DNA of 64,000 nucleotides from positions 214,148 to 278,147 of the forward strand of contig NW_003314401.1 of the NCBI RefSeq assembly GCF_000143415.4, written 5' to 3'. Every line of letters begins with the position of its first letter. Within the stretch, counting starts at the first letter, position 1. Position numbers and translations under genes: made by a program. Source of the DNA: Selaginella moellendorffii (taxonomy: Eukaryota > Plantae > Lycopodiophyta). The notes beneath the pieces are model-generated. The model worked only from the letters and a program-made list of their open reading frames with translations. It ran no database searches and was not told where the DNA came from. Positions 10,941-22,652 of this stretch are shown here, piece after piece.

Positions 10941-12677
10941 GAGGGTGAAAGCCCAAAGCGTTCATCTCCCAAACCCTAGGGGGTTTGGTGAGCTCCAAAA
11001 GTATAGTAGGGGGAGGACTGCAGTGGAGCCAGTTTGGCCAGGAAAGGCCAGTTTGGCCAGGAAAGGCTAGTTTGGCCCAGGAAGGCCGGACCCAGTGTTG
11101 GGTGATGAGCTGCCCACTGGGAAGTCCAAAACTAGAGTGAACATGGACCGACAAGCGGGGTAGCTTGGTGAAGTGTTCAAGAGCCAGCTTTAGTTCCCCC
11201 GGGAGATCGACTGGCCGATGCTCCCAGTCCAAGTGTGGGTGGCACTACCTACTTGGATACCTGTCGTGGCTCAATGGAACCTCGCTCTAAGCCCATGGCT
11301 AGAGCACCTAAAGGCGAAAGGCGGGGAGAGTACCCATAAGGCTTGCGTAAGGCCACGGTGTTCCGAAATGTTGTCCCAAAGTCCCAGACTATGGAAAGGA
11401 AGAGGAGTAGCCCTCTAATGTGGTGACAAAGGACACGGTCACCCAGTGAGGAAGTCCCAGAGGACAGTTGGACTTAGGGGTCGGGCCTGCGGGCCTTGAT
11501 CCAGTGGCAGTGTTGGTGAACACGGCCATCGACAGAGAGGGACTTGGTGGGGACCGGAAAAGAAATATTGGGGAAGATTATTCCCTAAGTCTGCAAGCAT
11601 CCTAAGGATGCTAAGGAGTGGATCTGGGATGATCACTCATGGATGGATGGCCTAATCTATGAGAGTGTCGTGAATGTGACTTCAGGTATCGAAAGTTAGC
11701 TGTCGGTTAGTCCTTTCGGATATTCTTTCCTTACTGCCACGATGGCAGGAGGTCGGTATTGCTGGTTCCCTTTATCAGCCCCTCTTGTTCAAGTGTTAGT
11801 TTACTGGGCTTAGCACCTGTACTTAGCCAGATGGACATAAGGTAGGAACTCCTATGTGTTTCTAGCTGAGCATACTCGGCCTGGCTCTTAGTTCTCTTTT
11901 GCTCTGTCTTGCACTGGCTTGACAAGAACCCTTGGATATTGAGATTGGTCCCTCAATATCGCCAGATGATAGCTTACCGTGTCTGCCAAACACCCTCGCT
12001 ATCATGCCCTTTGTGTTGGTCTCATTTCGGTCCCAAATGCTATTTATGGAAAGTGTCCAAATTTGCTCATTTGGCATATCTACGGAATGTAGAGATCGTC
12101 CTGAACACAATGGTGTTCGTCCCGTGTCCAAATTCGCAATCTAGGAACATTCCATATTTAGTAAGTTTCGAGCTTGTCCCAGAGACTAACTCCTGATACT
12201 AAGGGAGGCTTGGGGTGAAAGCCCAAAGCGTGTGTTCCTCAAGGGGGGGGGGGCTATGGGGGGTTCCAAATGTATAGTAGGGATAGTGGGTAGGTCGGGC
12301 ATGGCCGACCAACCTGAGGCATAGTCTAGTTCCCGCTTGCGTGCCTGTCCTTGTTCTGCGTCCGGCTTGGGTCTAAGCCCAAGTTCCATTCCATGCTAGT
12401 TGGTGGAGTACCCATGTCCTCGCGTTAGGCCACCGGTATGCCAAAATAGCGCCAGACTCCGTTTGGCTCCGTTTTGCGTGCTGGTCCTGGCATTGGGATG
12501 CCGGTTACTCTAGGACTGTTCCAAGTCGCTCCGGGCCCCTGTCCCTTCGCTCCTTGGGCTTTATGCACGGGAGTTGCTCCGTGGTTCGGTTCCATCACTC
12601 CTTGGCTCCATGCTTAGGAGTTTGGCACCGTTCCTTCGTTCAAAGGCCCAAGGCCCTGAACCTCAGGTTCCTATGGA

Positions 12678-12726
12678 CACGTGGCATGGACACGTGGCAT
12701 GTGACACGTGGCATCTGTCACGTGGC
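12678..12726 (+). promoter_or_regulatory. Four tandem G-box/ABRE motifs (CACGTGGC) in the 5' LTR; repeated at ~19394-19442 in the 3' LTR
   Basis: CACGTGGC at 12678, 12691, 12705 and 12719. Confidence 0.6.
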
Positions 12727-14917
12727 ACAAAGAGGGTTTAGGTTCCACTTCGTGGTGTTATCCTATGGTAAATCACCATAGGATAAAGGGTCAAAACCAC
12801 GTGCGCTACATTTGGTATCAGAGGATGAGTCTCAGCGAGTTCTATTCAATGAGATTGGGCAACTAGTCTCGTTGCATACGCAGAGATGAAAACGATGATC
12901 CGAGTGGGTACATGTTTGGCGCAAAGGGTTCACATTCGTTCCTTGGGTATGGTTTTGGTTACCTTTTGTACCTAATAATGTGAGCTTGCTCTTGGGCTCA
13001 TAGGATGGATTTGAGATGCTCCGTTAGCACGAGTTTGAGCTTGGGCTCGTGAGTGAGGCGCATTAGCAACTTGAGGTTACACTTTGAGTTGGCAGGATTA
13101 ATGTTAGCCTATCGGTGGTTCCATGAGTTGTTCCATGTACCGTGAGTGAAAGCAAACCTTCCCTGGGTTTGCTATGAGTGGCAAATAGGCTGGTCCGTAG
13201 CTGTTTAGCACGGCACTAGTGGATCCTTCCTAGGCATGATTACAAGTGGATCAAACAAGACTGTAGGGATTAGTCTATTGATTCAGGTAATCATTGCCAT
13301 GCTCTCTCATAAACTTTTCTTGGATTGGACTGAAGGCAGTGCGAAAGCAAGCTTGAGGTTTGGTCAAAGATAAGACCGAAAAGAGAGTCATCAGGGACGA
13401 AGGATCAAACACGTAAATCATTTTCTCTTCTTGGAGATATGATTTGCAACAAGGTGTTAACTCATTGCTCATGTTCACATTATGTAATCAAGAGTCCCTA
13501 CCTTGATGCATCTTGGAGATGATGGTCTTACAAATGGTGAGTTGTGGGATGGATAGCGGTGAAGTGCTAAACCATTTTTCTAGGCTTGCTATTGGAAGAC
13601 TTGGGTTGCAATGCTCAATTCTTTTCCGAGGAACCTTGCTATTGCTCCTTGAGTAGCTTGGTGTTGGACTAGTTTTGAGTTTGGTCGGAAAGAGAGTGGC
13701 ATGAGCTTGTCTATGTTGTGAACAAAAGTTAGTGGTGTTGGATGTTGTAAATCTCTATTGGTGGAGTGTGGCATTTATGTTGCATTTTGTCAAATTGAGT
13801 TGGCACTTGATACTCACATAAACCTTTGAAGTAATGACATTGGCATTGCTCATAGTGTTGCTCAATTAATGATCAAGTCATTGTGATTTCTATATCATAT
13901 CCATGTGATAATGAGCAATGTGTTTACGAAGTTGCTTGGGTAAATGATGATCAACCCCAAAGTGGTTGATGATGAAGCTAGTCTATTTACACGAAGTAGC
14001 ATTGTAGTAGCTTTGACTGGATTCTCAATGGTGGTCCATTATGCTAAGTTTAAGTTGGTACCTTGTTTCCTTGAGGGTTTGCCCATAAGGTGTTGGAAAA
14101 GGGTTGTAGCATTCACTTGCTATAGCTTGTTGGTTTATCCGTTAATACTTGGAGTAGATTGTTGGATGGAGAAGATGTGTAGTTGGGGCATTGACATCAC
14201 TAGCACTTGTGTTAGTGGAAGTGGCATTGTTACTTCGAGTGATGAGGAATTTTCCTTAAAGCTTGATTTTCCATGTCATTTTTTCTTGTTAGTGTTTTAG
14301 TTTCACATTGGATCTTGAAGGTGGTTGAAGAAGAGTGTTAGTGCAATGTGAATATCCGAAGATATGGTCTCTATGATCAAACTTCAGATGTTCATTTTGC
14401 ATTCTGCGGACGTCGGTGTTGGATGTTGAAAGAATGGGCAAAAAGATGTTCGAGGCTTAAGCATAATATGGGTCATGAGAATTTGTGTTGAAGTGAGCTT
14501 ATGTGAAGTTGTTAAGTAGGAGGAAGTTGGTTGAGTCTTGAAAGTTTGTATTCCTGGACTGAGAGTCATTCTTTCTCTGGGATGAAAAGATTTTCCACAA
14601 AATTTCATAGACTTTTCCAATGGCTGATCTGTTGGTCACTTTGCTCGAAAACCATTCCATTTTCGAAAGCCAATACAAACTAGTGAAGGGGTTGGAGTTG
14701 ACTTCAGTTAGCTTAGACCTTAGTATGTAGTTTGTATGATGCAGACCGAAAGGGATGCTAACTTTTGGGGCTAAGGCAATTGAGTTGGATAGAGTCTGGA
14801 GTTAGTGTAGAAAAGTGGCCGTTGCACTTTTCTGGAAAGGTGACCCTTGTGCCTTTCTTTTATAGCGTTATGCTTAGTGGCAAGTTGCACTTTGCATTTC
14901 GTTAGACTCTATGAGAG

Positions 14918-15510
14918 TGTAAGCTCCTGAGTTTGGACTTCCCGGGAGGTCACCCAGCCCAGTACTATTCAAACCCAAGGACGCTTAACCCCAAATATCC
15001 CAAGACCCTTAACCGTTTGGAAAAGGGGGTGCACTCTTATTCATAGGCCCTTTCCCTCTATATTTGAACCCCATGGATCGTCTCTCGAGTCGTTCCCTTT
15101 GGTTGCTTACAATCCACCACGCTTCCCTGCAAGTTCACGCCCTCGTGAACGGAAGTTGAGAGCCGCAGCTCTCCCGAGAGCCTCGCTCTCTTGACACCCT
15201 ACCCCTCGGGTCGAGCCCAACGGGAGCAAACTGGACCAGCCAGATGTCAATCAACATGTGGTGTGATTCCCCTAGCCAACCAACAGAGTCGGACCCGAGA
15301 CCGCTCCAATACCAAATGTAAGCTCCTGAGTTTGGACTTCCCGGGAGGTCACCCAGCCCAGTACTATTCAAACCCAAGGACGCTTAACCCCAAATATCCC
15401 AAGACCCTTAACCGTTTGGAAAAGGGGGTGCACTCTTATTCATAGGCCCTTTTCCTCTATATTTGAACCCTATGGATCGTCTCTCGAGTCGTTCCCTTTG
15501 GTTGCTTACA
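14918..15510 (-). mobile_element. Cassandra-type TRIM with 5S-rRNA-derived LTR domains
   Basis: Two 194-bp LTRs (14918-15111, 15317-15510; 2 mismatches) and a 205-bp non-coding interior. Minus-strand PBS TGGTATTGGAGCGG, PPT-like GGGAAGCGTGGTGGAT, perfect TSD GAGAG. The 5S-like 55-mer lies at 14935-14989 and 15334-15388. Confidence 0.93.
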
Positions 15511-18500
15511 GAGAGTAGTGAGCTCTCACTGATCTTGACTTGGTCTTGGTGGCCCTGCGCCTTGGCTGAGGATGGTGATGTTCAACTTAGTTGTTTAAGT
15601 TTGAGATGTTGGTACCCGTACTGTAGCTTTGTCTATGAGGAGGTTGTGTACCGATATGAGTCCATCTCATGGTCTTCACTTTAGTTTCAACTAAGTGTTG
15701 ATCATGCATAGCTAGCCTCTTCAAGGCATGCTCAGAGTTAGTGGCTAAATGCATTGGTGAGCTTATCGCAGTTGAGTTGGATTCGAGTGGTCATTTAGTT
15801 CGTGCTTGTCCATAAACCTTTATCTCATATCTGGGGTATTACGTTCATGTTGGACAAGTGTATGACTCGATGACGTGAGTTTAGTGTTTGGGTCTTGTGA
15901 AGGCAAGTTGAAAGAGTAATTATTAGTTGCTTTGCGACTGGTGATTACTTGTAGACTTCATCGAGGACTTTTGACACTTGCTTCGCTTGATGAAGATTTA
16001 ACAGTGATGGGTTTACTTTACCGGATGGTGTTGCGGAAGATCGTGTCATTTGACTTACATGGGTTTTCCATGTTGGCATGTCGACTCTACCTCTGTTGAT
16101 ATCATTAGGTTGCGTTTAGTTCATAGTGTTGGATTTTATTGAGTCTTGGACGTGGTGATGCACTCCTTGAGGAAGTGTTATCTATACCTGAGTAATGTTG
16201 AAGAACTAGTCTCAGATACTAACTAAAGTATCTTCGACTTTGGTTAGCTTGGTTGCAAGAGAGTTTTGAGTGGTGATTCACTCTTGCTTTCTTTTAGCTT
16301 TGTTCTGATGTTGAGCCTTGTCATTGATATTATTGATGTTGAGATTCAGGTGAGATGATATATTTATCCTTAGGATTGATATTGAGTTTCATTGCTCTCG
16401 ATGAAGATAGTGTTGATGATTTGGCTATAGCTTTGTGTTATTATCATTCGTGCATTTGCTAGTTGGCAACTGTGTTGACGTTTAAATGAACTGAGTGGCA
16501 AGTTTAAGTTAATTGTGTTCTAGACGAGATTATTTAGTAGAGGTTGGGCTTTGGCTTTTCCTTGAAAAGTGATTCAGTCGTGGACTATAATAACTCTACA
16601 AGTGGAAGAGTTAGTGATCGATATTAGAATGTTTGAATCCTTATTGGATTTGAATTGGAATATATCAATCATTGATGATTTTTCTTGTGCTTGTTATGAA
16701 GTGAGTTACGTCTTGCTATAGATGAATTCATGGAGGATCGGTTTAGTGATCACTTGTCAAGTATAGCTTCGTTGTGGTTAGCTTTTGGATTGCTACAGAT
16801 CTGCTCTTCATTAGCTTTGGCATTATGAAGTTTGACTTATGGATGTGTTGAGGGAGATATTGTGGGTTGCACCATGATTTCTTCTTTAGCATTGAAGTTA
16901 GTTTATGCAAGACTCGTGATCATTATAGGCAAAACTTTGCTATAGGCTTCTTCGAACTTTTGGTTCCTTGAGTTTTAGTACTTGTGGTCCATTTGTTAGG
17001 AGTTGTTGGGGAAAGCATTTTAGCTCATTAGCTTCAATGTTGAAGTTGGCTTTTGCATCTAGCAATCATTGGTGATGATTGACTATCATCTTAGATAGTT
17101 GATTATCCTTGTCAAGAGTTTTGCTTGATTACTGTTGATATAGACTGAGTTGCTGTTCTTCGGGATGGTAGATTCTTTCTTCAACGATGATTATGCATTT
17201 CTTTTTGATGGGATGATTGCTGATTTTTCATGATGGTTAGTTATTCTCTTTGATAGCTTTTGGCTTTTTGCAATACCACATGTTCTTTGTGGTTTGCTTT
17301 GGATTGGTCTCTTGGGTTTGAGACATCAGTAGGATGTTGCTGACACTTGCTTAGGCAACTTGAGTTCCTTAGTGTTGTTGGCTGGGATCTATTCGGATTG
17401 ACTCATGTGATAGTTGGCATGACTGAGGGTTTGTTGGTCTTACCACATTCATTCTGTTCTGTTGATTATTACTTGAGTTAGTTCTGATAGATTGGGATGT
17501 TATTTCTTTCGGGTGATACATTCGCGAGCATTGTGCTTGTCAGTCAATGATATTTTATGTTCTTTGAGTTATCTCTAGTAAGTTGTTGGCTTACTATCTG
17601 CTATCTTCGGTAGTTAAGTTTCATCATTGAGTTTACTTGATGATATACTTGCTATTGAATTTTGTTGGATGGTGCATCCTATGTTTTCCAATGATAGTGA
17701 TCTTGGTGGTTCCTATACTATAATACTACTTTATCGGATGATAACTTACTTGGAATACTTTTGTGTTCTAATCTAAGCTTTATTCACTGATAATTATGAC
17801 TCTAAGATATCATTGTTTATAACTTTGATATTGTCCATCTATTAATCTTTGAGTTTGGGCCAGTATAGGCAGACTGGCTTTGGCACTTCCTGTGCATGTT
17901 GAAATCTCTAGTCATGGGGTAGCTACTGTCGACTGGTCACATAACCCGCCTCTTTGTCAATGTTCCTTGTTCCGTTGAAAGGGCGTGACCGTGTAAACAA
18001 CTCTAACTGCCTGTTTACAGTAGTCTATCTAAACCTTACCGACGGGTTTGGTTTCTTTGCTTAGGAGGGTTGGGGCCTCTGGCTTCTCTCTCTATGTTCC
18101 TGCAGGCAGGGGCATATCACACTTTTGTAGCTGGGTGACTCCCAGAGCAGCAAGGGTGGCTGACTCCGTTGGTCATTTCTTTGTCGGTGACGGCCAGAAG
18201 GTGTCTGAGCTGGTAGCGCATCCGCGTTAGACAAAGAGGTTGCCCCCTAACTCATTTAAGTTGGTGCATTTCTCACATAGTGTGAATACCGTGAACTTTT
18301 TCTGGAGTTGTTTCCTTGGCGGTATTCTAGACTCGAGTGTGCATCAACGAGGACGTCGATCTTCCCAAGGGGGGGAGAGTGTCGCGAATGTGACTTCGGG
18401 TATCGAAAGTTACCTGTCGGCTAGTCCTTTCGGATATTCTATCCTTACTGCCACGATGGCAGGAGGTCGGTATTGCTGGTTCCCTTTATCAGCCCCTCTT

Positions 18501-19821
18501 GTTCAAGTGTTAGTTTACTGGGCTTAGCATCTGTACTTAGCCAGATGGACATAAGGTAGGAACTCCTATGTGTTTCTAGCTGAGCATACTCGGCCTGGCT
18601 CTTAGTTCTCTTTTGCTCTGTCTTGCACTGGCTTGACAAGAACCCTCGGATATTGAAATTGGTCCCTCAATATCGCCAGATGATAGCTTACCGTGTCTGC
18701 CAAACACCCTCGCTATCATGCCCTTTGTGTTGGTCTCATTTCGGTCCTAAATGCTATTTATGGAAAGTGTCCAAATTTGCTCATTTGGCATATCTACGGA
18801 ATGTAGAGATCGTCCTGAACACAATGGTGTTCGTCCCGTGTCTAAATTCGCAATCTAGGGACATTCCATATTTAGTAAGTTTCGAGTTTGTCCCAGAGAC
18901 TAACTCCTGATACTAAGGGAGGCTTGGGGTGAAAGCCCAAAGCGTGTGTTCCTCAAGGGGGGGGGGGGGCTATGGGGGGTTCCAAATGTATAGTAGGGAT
19001 AGTGGGTAGGTCGGGCATGGCCGACCAACCTGAGGCATAGTCTAGTTCCCGCTTGCGTGCCTGTCCTTGTTCTGCGTCCGGCTTGGGTCTAAGCCCAAGT
19101 TCCATTCCATGCTAGTTGGTGGAGTACCCATGTCCTCGCGTTAGGCCACCGGTATGCCAAAATAGCGCCAGACTCCGTTTGGCTCCGTTTTGCGTGCTGG
19201 TCCTGGCATTGGGATGCCGGTTACTCTAGGACTGTTCCAAGTCGCTCCGGGCCCCTATCCCTTCGCTCCTTGGGCTTTATGCACGGGAGTTGCTCCGTGG
19301 TTCGGTTCCATCACTCCTTGGCTCCATGCTTAGGAGTTTGGCACCGTTCCTTCGTTCAAAGGCCCAAGGCCCTGAACCTCAGGTTCCTATAGACACGTGG
19401 CATGGACACGTGGCATGTGACACGTGGCATCTGTCACGTGGCACAAAGAGGGTTTAGGTTCCACTTCGTGGTGTTATCCTATGGTAAATCACCATAGGAT
19501 AAAGGGTCAAAACCACGTGTGCTACAAAGAGACAGGATTGCAATGTAGGTGGTGTTGGACCACCAGCATGACCAAGGTGAATAGGTATGGCCTCAGCATA
19601 ACGGGCCGATATGTCGGAGATACCTTGGGGTGTCGATCATGGGATCGGACACGTGGAGCACTTAGACCAAGTGCAAAGGTTGAGTGGTATGGATGCCATT
19701 CTCGGGGCTAGCAAGCCCCAAGTCCTAACTGGGACTTGTGGAAGTTGTGAATGAGACTCCTCCAAGTGGTCGGAGGTGTGGTTAAGTGACTAAAGTAAAA
19801 TGGAAAAATTAGTCGCTTACA

Positions 19822-20330
19822 CTAAGTTTACCTTTGCGATTGCCATAGGTTGCTGATGCTAGGTCGTGAGATCAGTATTTGACGAACATTCTTCCACTTG
19901 TCCAATGGGAGTTTGCAGAACACTTTGGCCGTGTATAAGTGGGACAACAACAATGCTACAACTTCTATTATCATCCACTTGTGGAGTACAAAGTGAATGA
20001 CTTGATGTTAGTTTATTCTTCTCATCTTACAGTATGTGATTTATTTAAGAGGCTTTTTGCTCAGTGGAAAGGATTGTATCAAATGTTGTGGCAAATTGGA
20101 CCACAAGTTTATGAGGTTCAACATGACATCCAACAAGCCGATCCTCCAGAAATTGTGTTTGTGTAGTAGTTGAAATACTTCGTATAAAAGGATCCAAAAC
20201 AATTGATACCACCTATAGATCCACTAATGCCTCCTCCTGACGTTCCTTCAAATCCCAGCCCATCTATAAAAGAACCCTAATGGTCTTTCATCATTCCAAG
20301 ATGAGGAGATGATGTGAGGTCCAAGTGTAT
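19822..20330 (+). mobile_element. Old Gypsy remnant: integrase C-terminal (GPY/F-type) fragment and PPT-LTR junction
   Basis: EYKVNDLMLVY...QWKGLYQMLWQIGPQVYEV resembles the YxVGDxVLV...WxGPYxV...YxV pattern. AAGATGAGGAGATGA precedes TGTGAGG at ~20313. Confidence 0.6.
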
Positions 20331-21054
20331 GGCTACAATGCTATATTGTAGCATATGTGATCATGAGATGAGATTTGGATATACTGTCATTGTAAATCCT
20401 TAAAACATTAGGGGATAAATGGGGATAAAATAGCCACTAAAAGCTCTCTCATCAAGCAATTACCCCTTTTTCAATTGGTTTAAAGGGAGAAAAATAAAGT
20501 GCATTATACTAATATTAGTATAATAGGATTTAAGCTAGAGTTTTTAGGTTAATTGATATGTATATTTTTTGTATTCCCTTTCTATATTGCAGAATATTAT
20601 GTGTAATAAGGGGACCATAGATCTTATAGTGGTCCATGTTATATATATGTCACGTGGCATACAAGGTCAAGGACAGTAAACTCTAACTATGGCTAAAGTT
20701 AGTTTTCTTCCCTTGCATTTAGAAAAAGCTTGGAATCTTTTTTATTGGGAATGAAGCTGAGCAATTTGAAAGGTAGCTTCTTCGTGTTTACATTTCTTGA
20801 GGTTGAATGCGAAGAAGATGATATGGCTAATAATATATTTAAATCAGTAAATGCAATTGCCTATTCCCACCTGGTATAAAGCTTATTAACATTCTTGGCT
20901 TGCAAGAAGTTGACAGAGGCACACCAACCCCAACACTGTCTGAAGAGCTCAGCAAGGAGTATGGCGACAGCACTCATACAACACCTATGTTTGTGGTAAT
21001 CTATCTTGGTGATTATATCCGATTCATCCCAAACTCTAGTTCTACCGGTTGTTA

Positions 21055-21405
21055 GAACATCCACTTCCTCCTCTTCCACCATAGGCATGAACTCCTCGAT
21101 GAGGCTAACAGTCTGTGCGCCCATGCCCTCCCTCACAATTACTGGTTGCCTACTGGCCTCCTGGGCAACCTGACGTTGCCCAGCGCTTGTTTGAGAGGAT
21201 GACAAGCTATTTATTCTTGTGGACAGGACTAGTGTCTGTGTGCTCTCTGGCGGCCGTTTCAAAGTCAAATAAAGGTGCTCGATGCAATGCCCGTGTGGGA
21301 CGTTGTGTCTTGGAATGTTGTAATACCAACACATACCCAGAATGGGCATCGTAACTAAGGGTTTGTTTGACGATATGCCAGAACGAAGCACCATCTCTTG
21401 GTACT
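21055..21405 (-). pseudogene. Chimeric fragments: piece of the NMCP/CRWN last exon joined to PPR-like sequence
   Basis: Reverse complement of 21061-21156 matches 48727-48840 (GAQTVSLIEEF). The adjacent YQEMVLRSGISSN sequence is PPR-like. Confidence 0.7.
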
Positions 21406-22652
21406 ATGCCCCTTTGGAACTTTCAGGGGCTTTTGCATCCGGTTGTTAAATTAACAGGTAAGAATATTTTGTATTACTAATTAGAATTTTCACTCCTTTT
21501 TCGCTTGTCGCGGGACTTGTTTATAAAGTAAGGTAAGTTTTGTATTTGCATCATTGTTAATGCTTTTGCTGCTCAGTATTGCTGAGTATTTCACCATTCT
21601 GGTCTGCACCAAATGGATCAACACTTGGATTCGAGGATCTCTTTCATCGTCTTGCGAAACACTGGAAAGAGACAATATCTTTGCAGTGCATCTTCCACAT
21701 CAATCATACTTTGAGGACGAAGGCATCGAAGCCAGTATTGATATCGCAGATCTTACTGTGTATAAAGCTTGAGGTAAGACTTTCTTAACTTAACTTATCC
21801 ATCAAGAAAGGTAGCAAGCAAAACTACTATGTTTCTTTTCTTTAGCAGGAGCAAGAAACATTCCATTCTGACTTGGGTATTCTTCTTACAGTTTTGCGTG
21901 TCGTGGAAAGGCTAATGCATGTAGGTGACGTGTCATAGAGCTCGTCTCCCGGAATTCTATGGTTTTGTTCGCCATGGCTCAAGGTTAGTCATCTATATAG
22001 AGTTCCTTGTTCCTTGACAATTCATCAACTTGGGCTTCTTGGGTGGTGGTCCATTGATGAGAAGAGCAAAGAAGAACAAGACCGGCTCTTTCGGGGTAAA
22101 ACAAGAAAATCAACTGTCTTTGGCTCTGGTTTTTTGGCTTGCATTTATGCGAGATTTGTACTTCCAGGTACTACACATTTACTGGCCTTCCGGTCAAGAA
22201 AATGGCCCGGAAAGACCTTGCAGAGGTACTTTACGCTTGTTTGTCCAATGCCTGACTCACTCTGGCTTGTACGCAGATATGGATGCTTCAAGCGGAGCAA
22301 ACACGAATAGCCAAGCATCGGCAGCACGAGTTTGACCGCCTGCAGAGCGTATGGGCTTCTCCTTTTCACTGCATTATATGTGATTTATATGTGATTTATG
22401 TGTAGCGTGACTGGCTTGTTGCTCTAAGATGGCCCTGCAGGAGAAAGTGCTTTGCCGGGTGTGCTTTGAGCGTGACATAACCATAATGTTACTCTGTGTA
22501 AACATCGAGTCCTTTGCAGGTTGATGTTTGAAGTCCGTTGTGGTGGCGTCCTACTGACTGGCTTTGTTGGCAGCGTGTGCTCCGAGAGATGTAAACACTG
22601 CCCGATATGCAGAAGTTACATCGGGGATCGCCTGTCCGTGTATGATGTATAG
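21405..22652 (+). pseudogene. Transmembrane (TMEM185/Fragile-X-F-like) RING E3 ligase, 3' portion, frameshifted
   Basis: GLLGWWSIDEKSKEEQDRL. Spliced RING EKVLCRVCFERDI...CKHRVLC|SVCSERCKHCPICRSYIGDRLSVYDV*, with a frameshift at ~22495 where LLPCKH is expected. No 5' exons recognised. Confidence 0.7.

Larger units (their letters stand above)
11666..19526 (+). mobile_element. Non-autonomous LTR retrotransposon (LARD-like, Gypsy-type)
   Basis: LTRs 11666-12810 and 18380-19526, TG...CA, with ~15 substitutions and a G-run indel by manual count. PBS TGGTATCAGAG at 12813 (initiator tRNA-Met type). PPT AAGGGGGGGAGAG at 18367-18379. TSD GAGAG/AAGAG. No intact gag or pol ORF. Confidence 0.93.
10217..19821 (+). 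mobile_element. Host 3' LTR (10217-11665 + 19532-~19821) split by a nested retroelement
   Basis: Starts TGT after a PPT-like tract and resumes at 19532. The end at ...GTCGCTTACA (19821) is tentative. Confidence 0.6.

Noticed and set aside
6933-11665. DIRS-type element with inverted terminal repeats
   Set aside because: No tyrosine recombinase or RT ORF; the right arm has a PPT-TG junction and continues beyond the matched region like an ordinary LTR.
14935-14989. Functional 5S rRNA gene
   Set aside because: Only the ~55-nt internal control region is present, embedded in TRIM LTRs.
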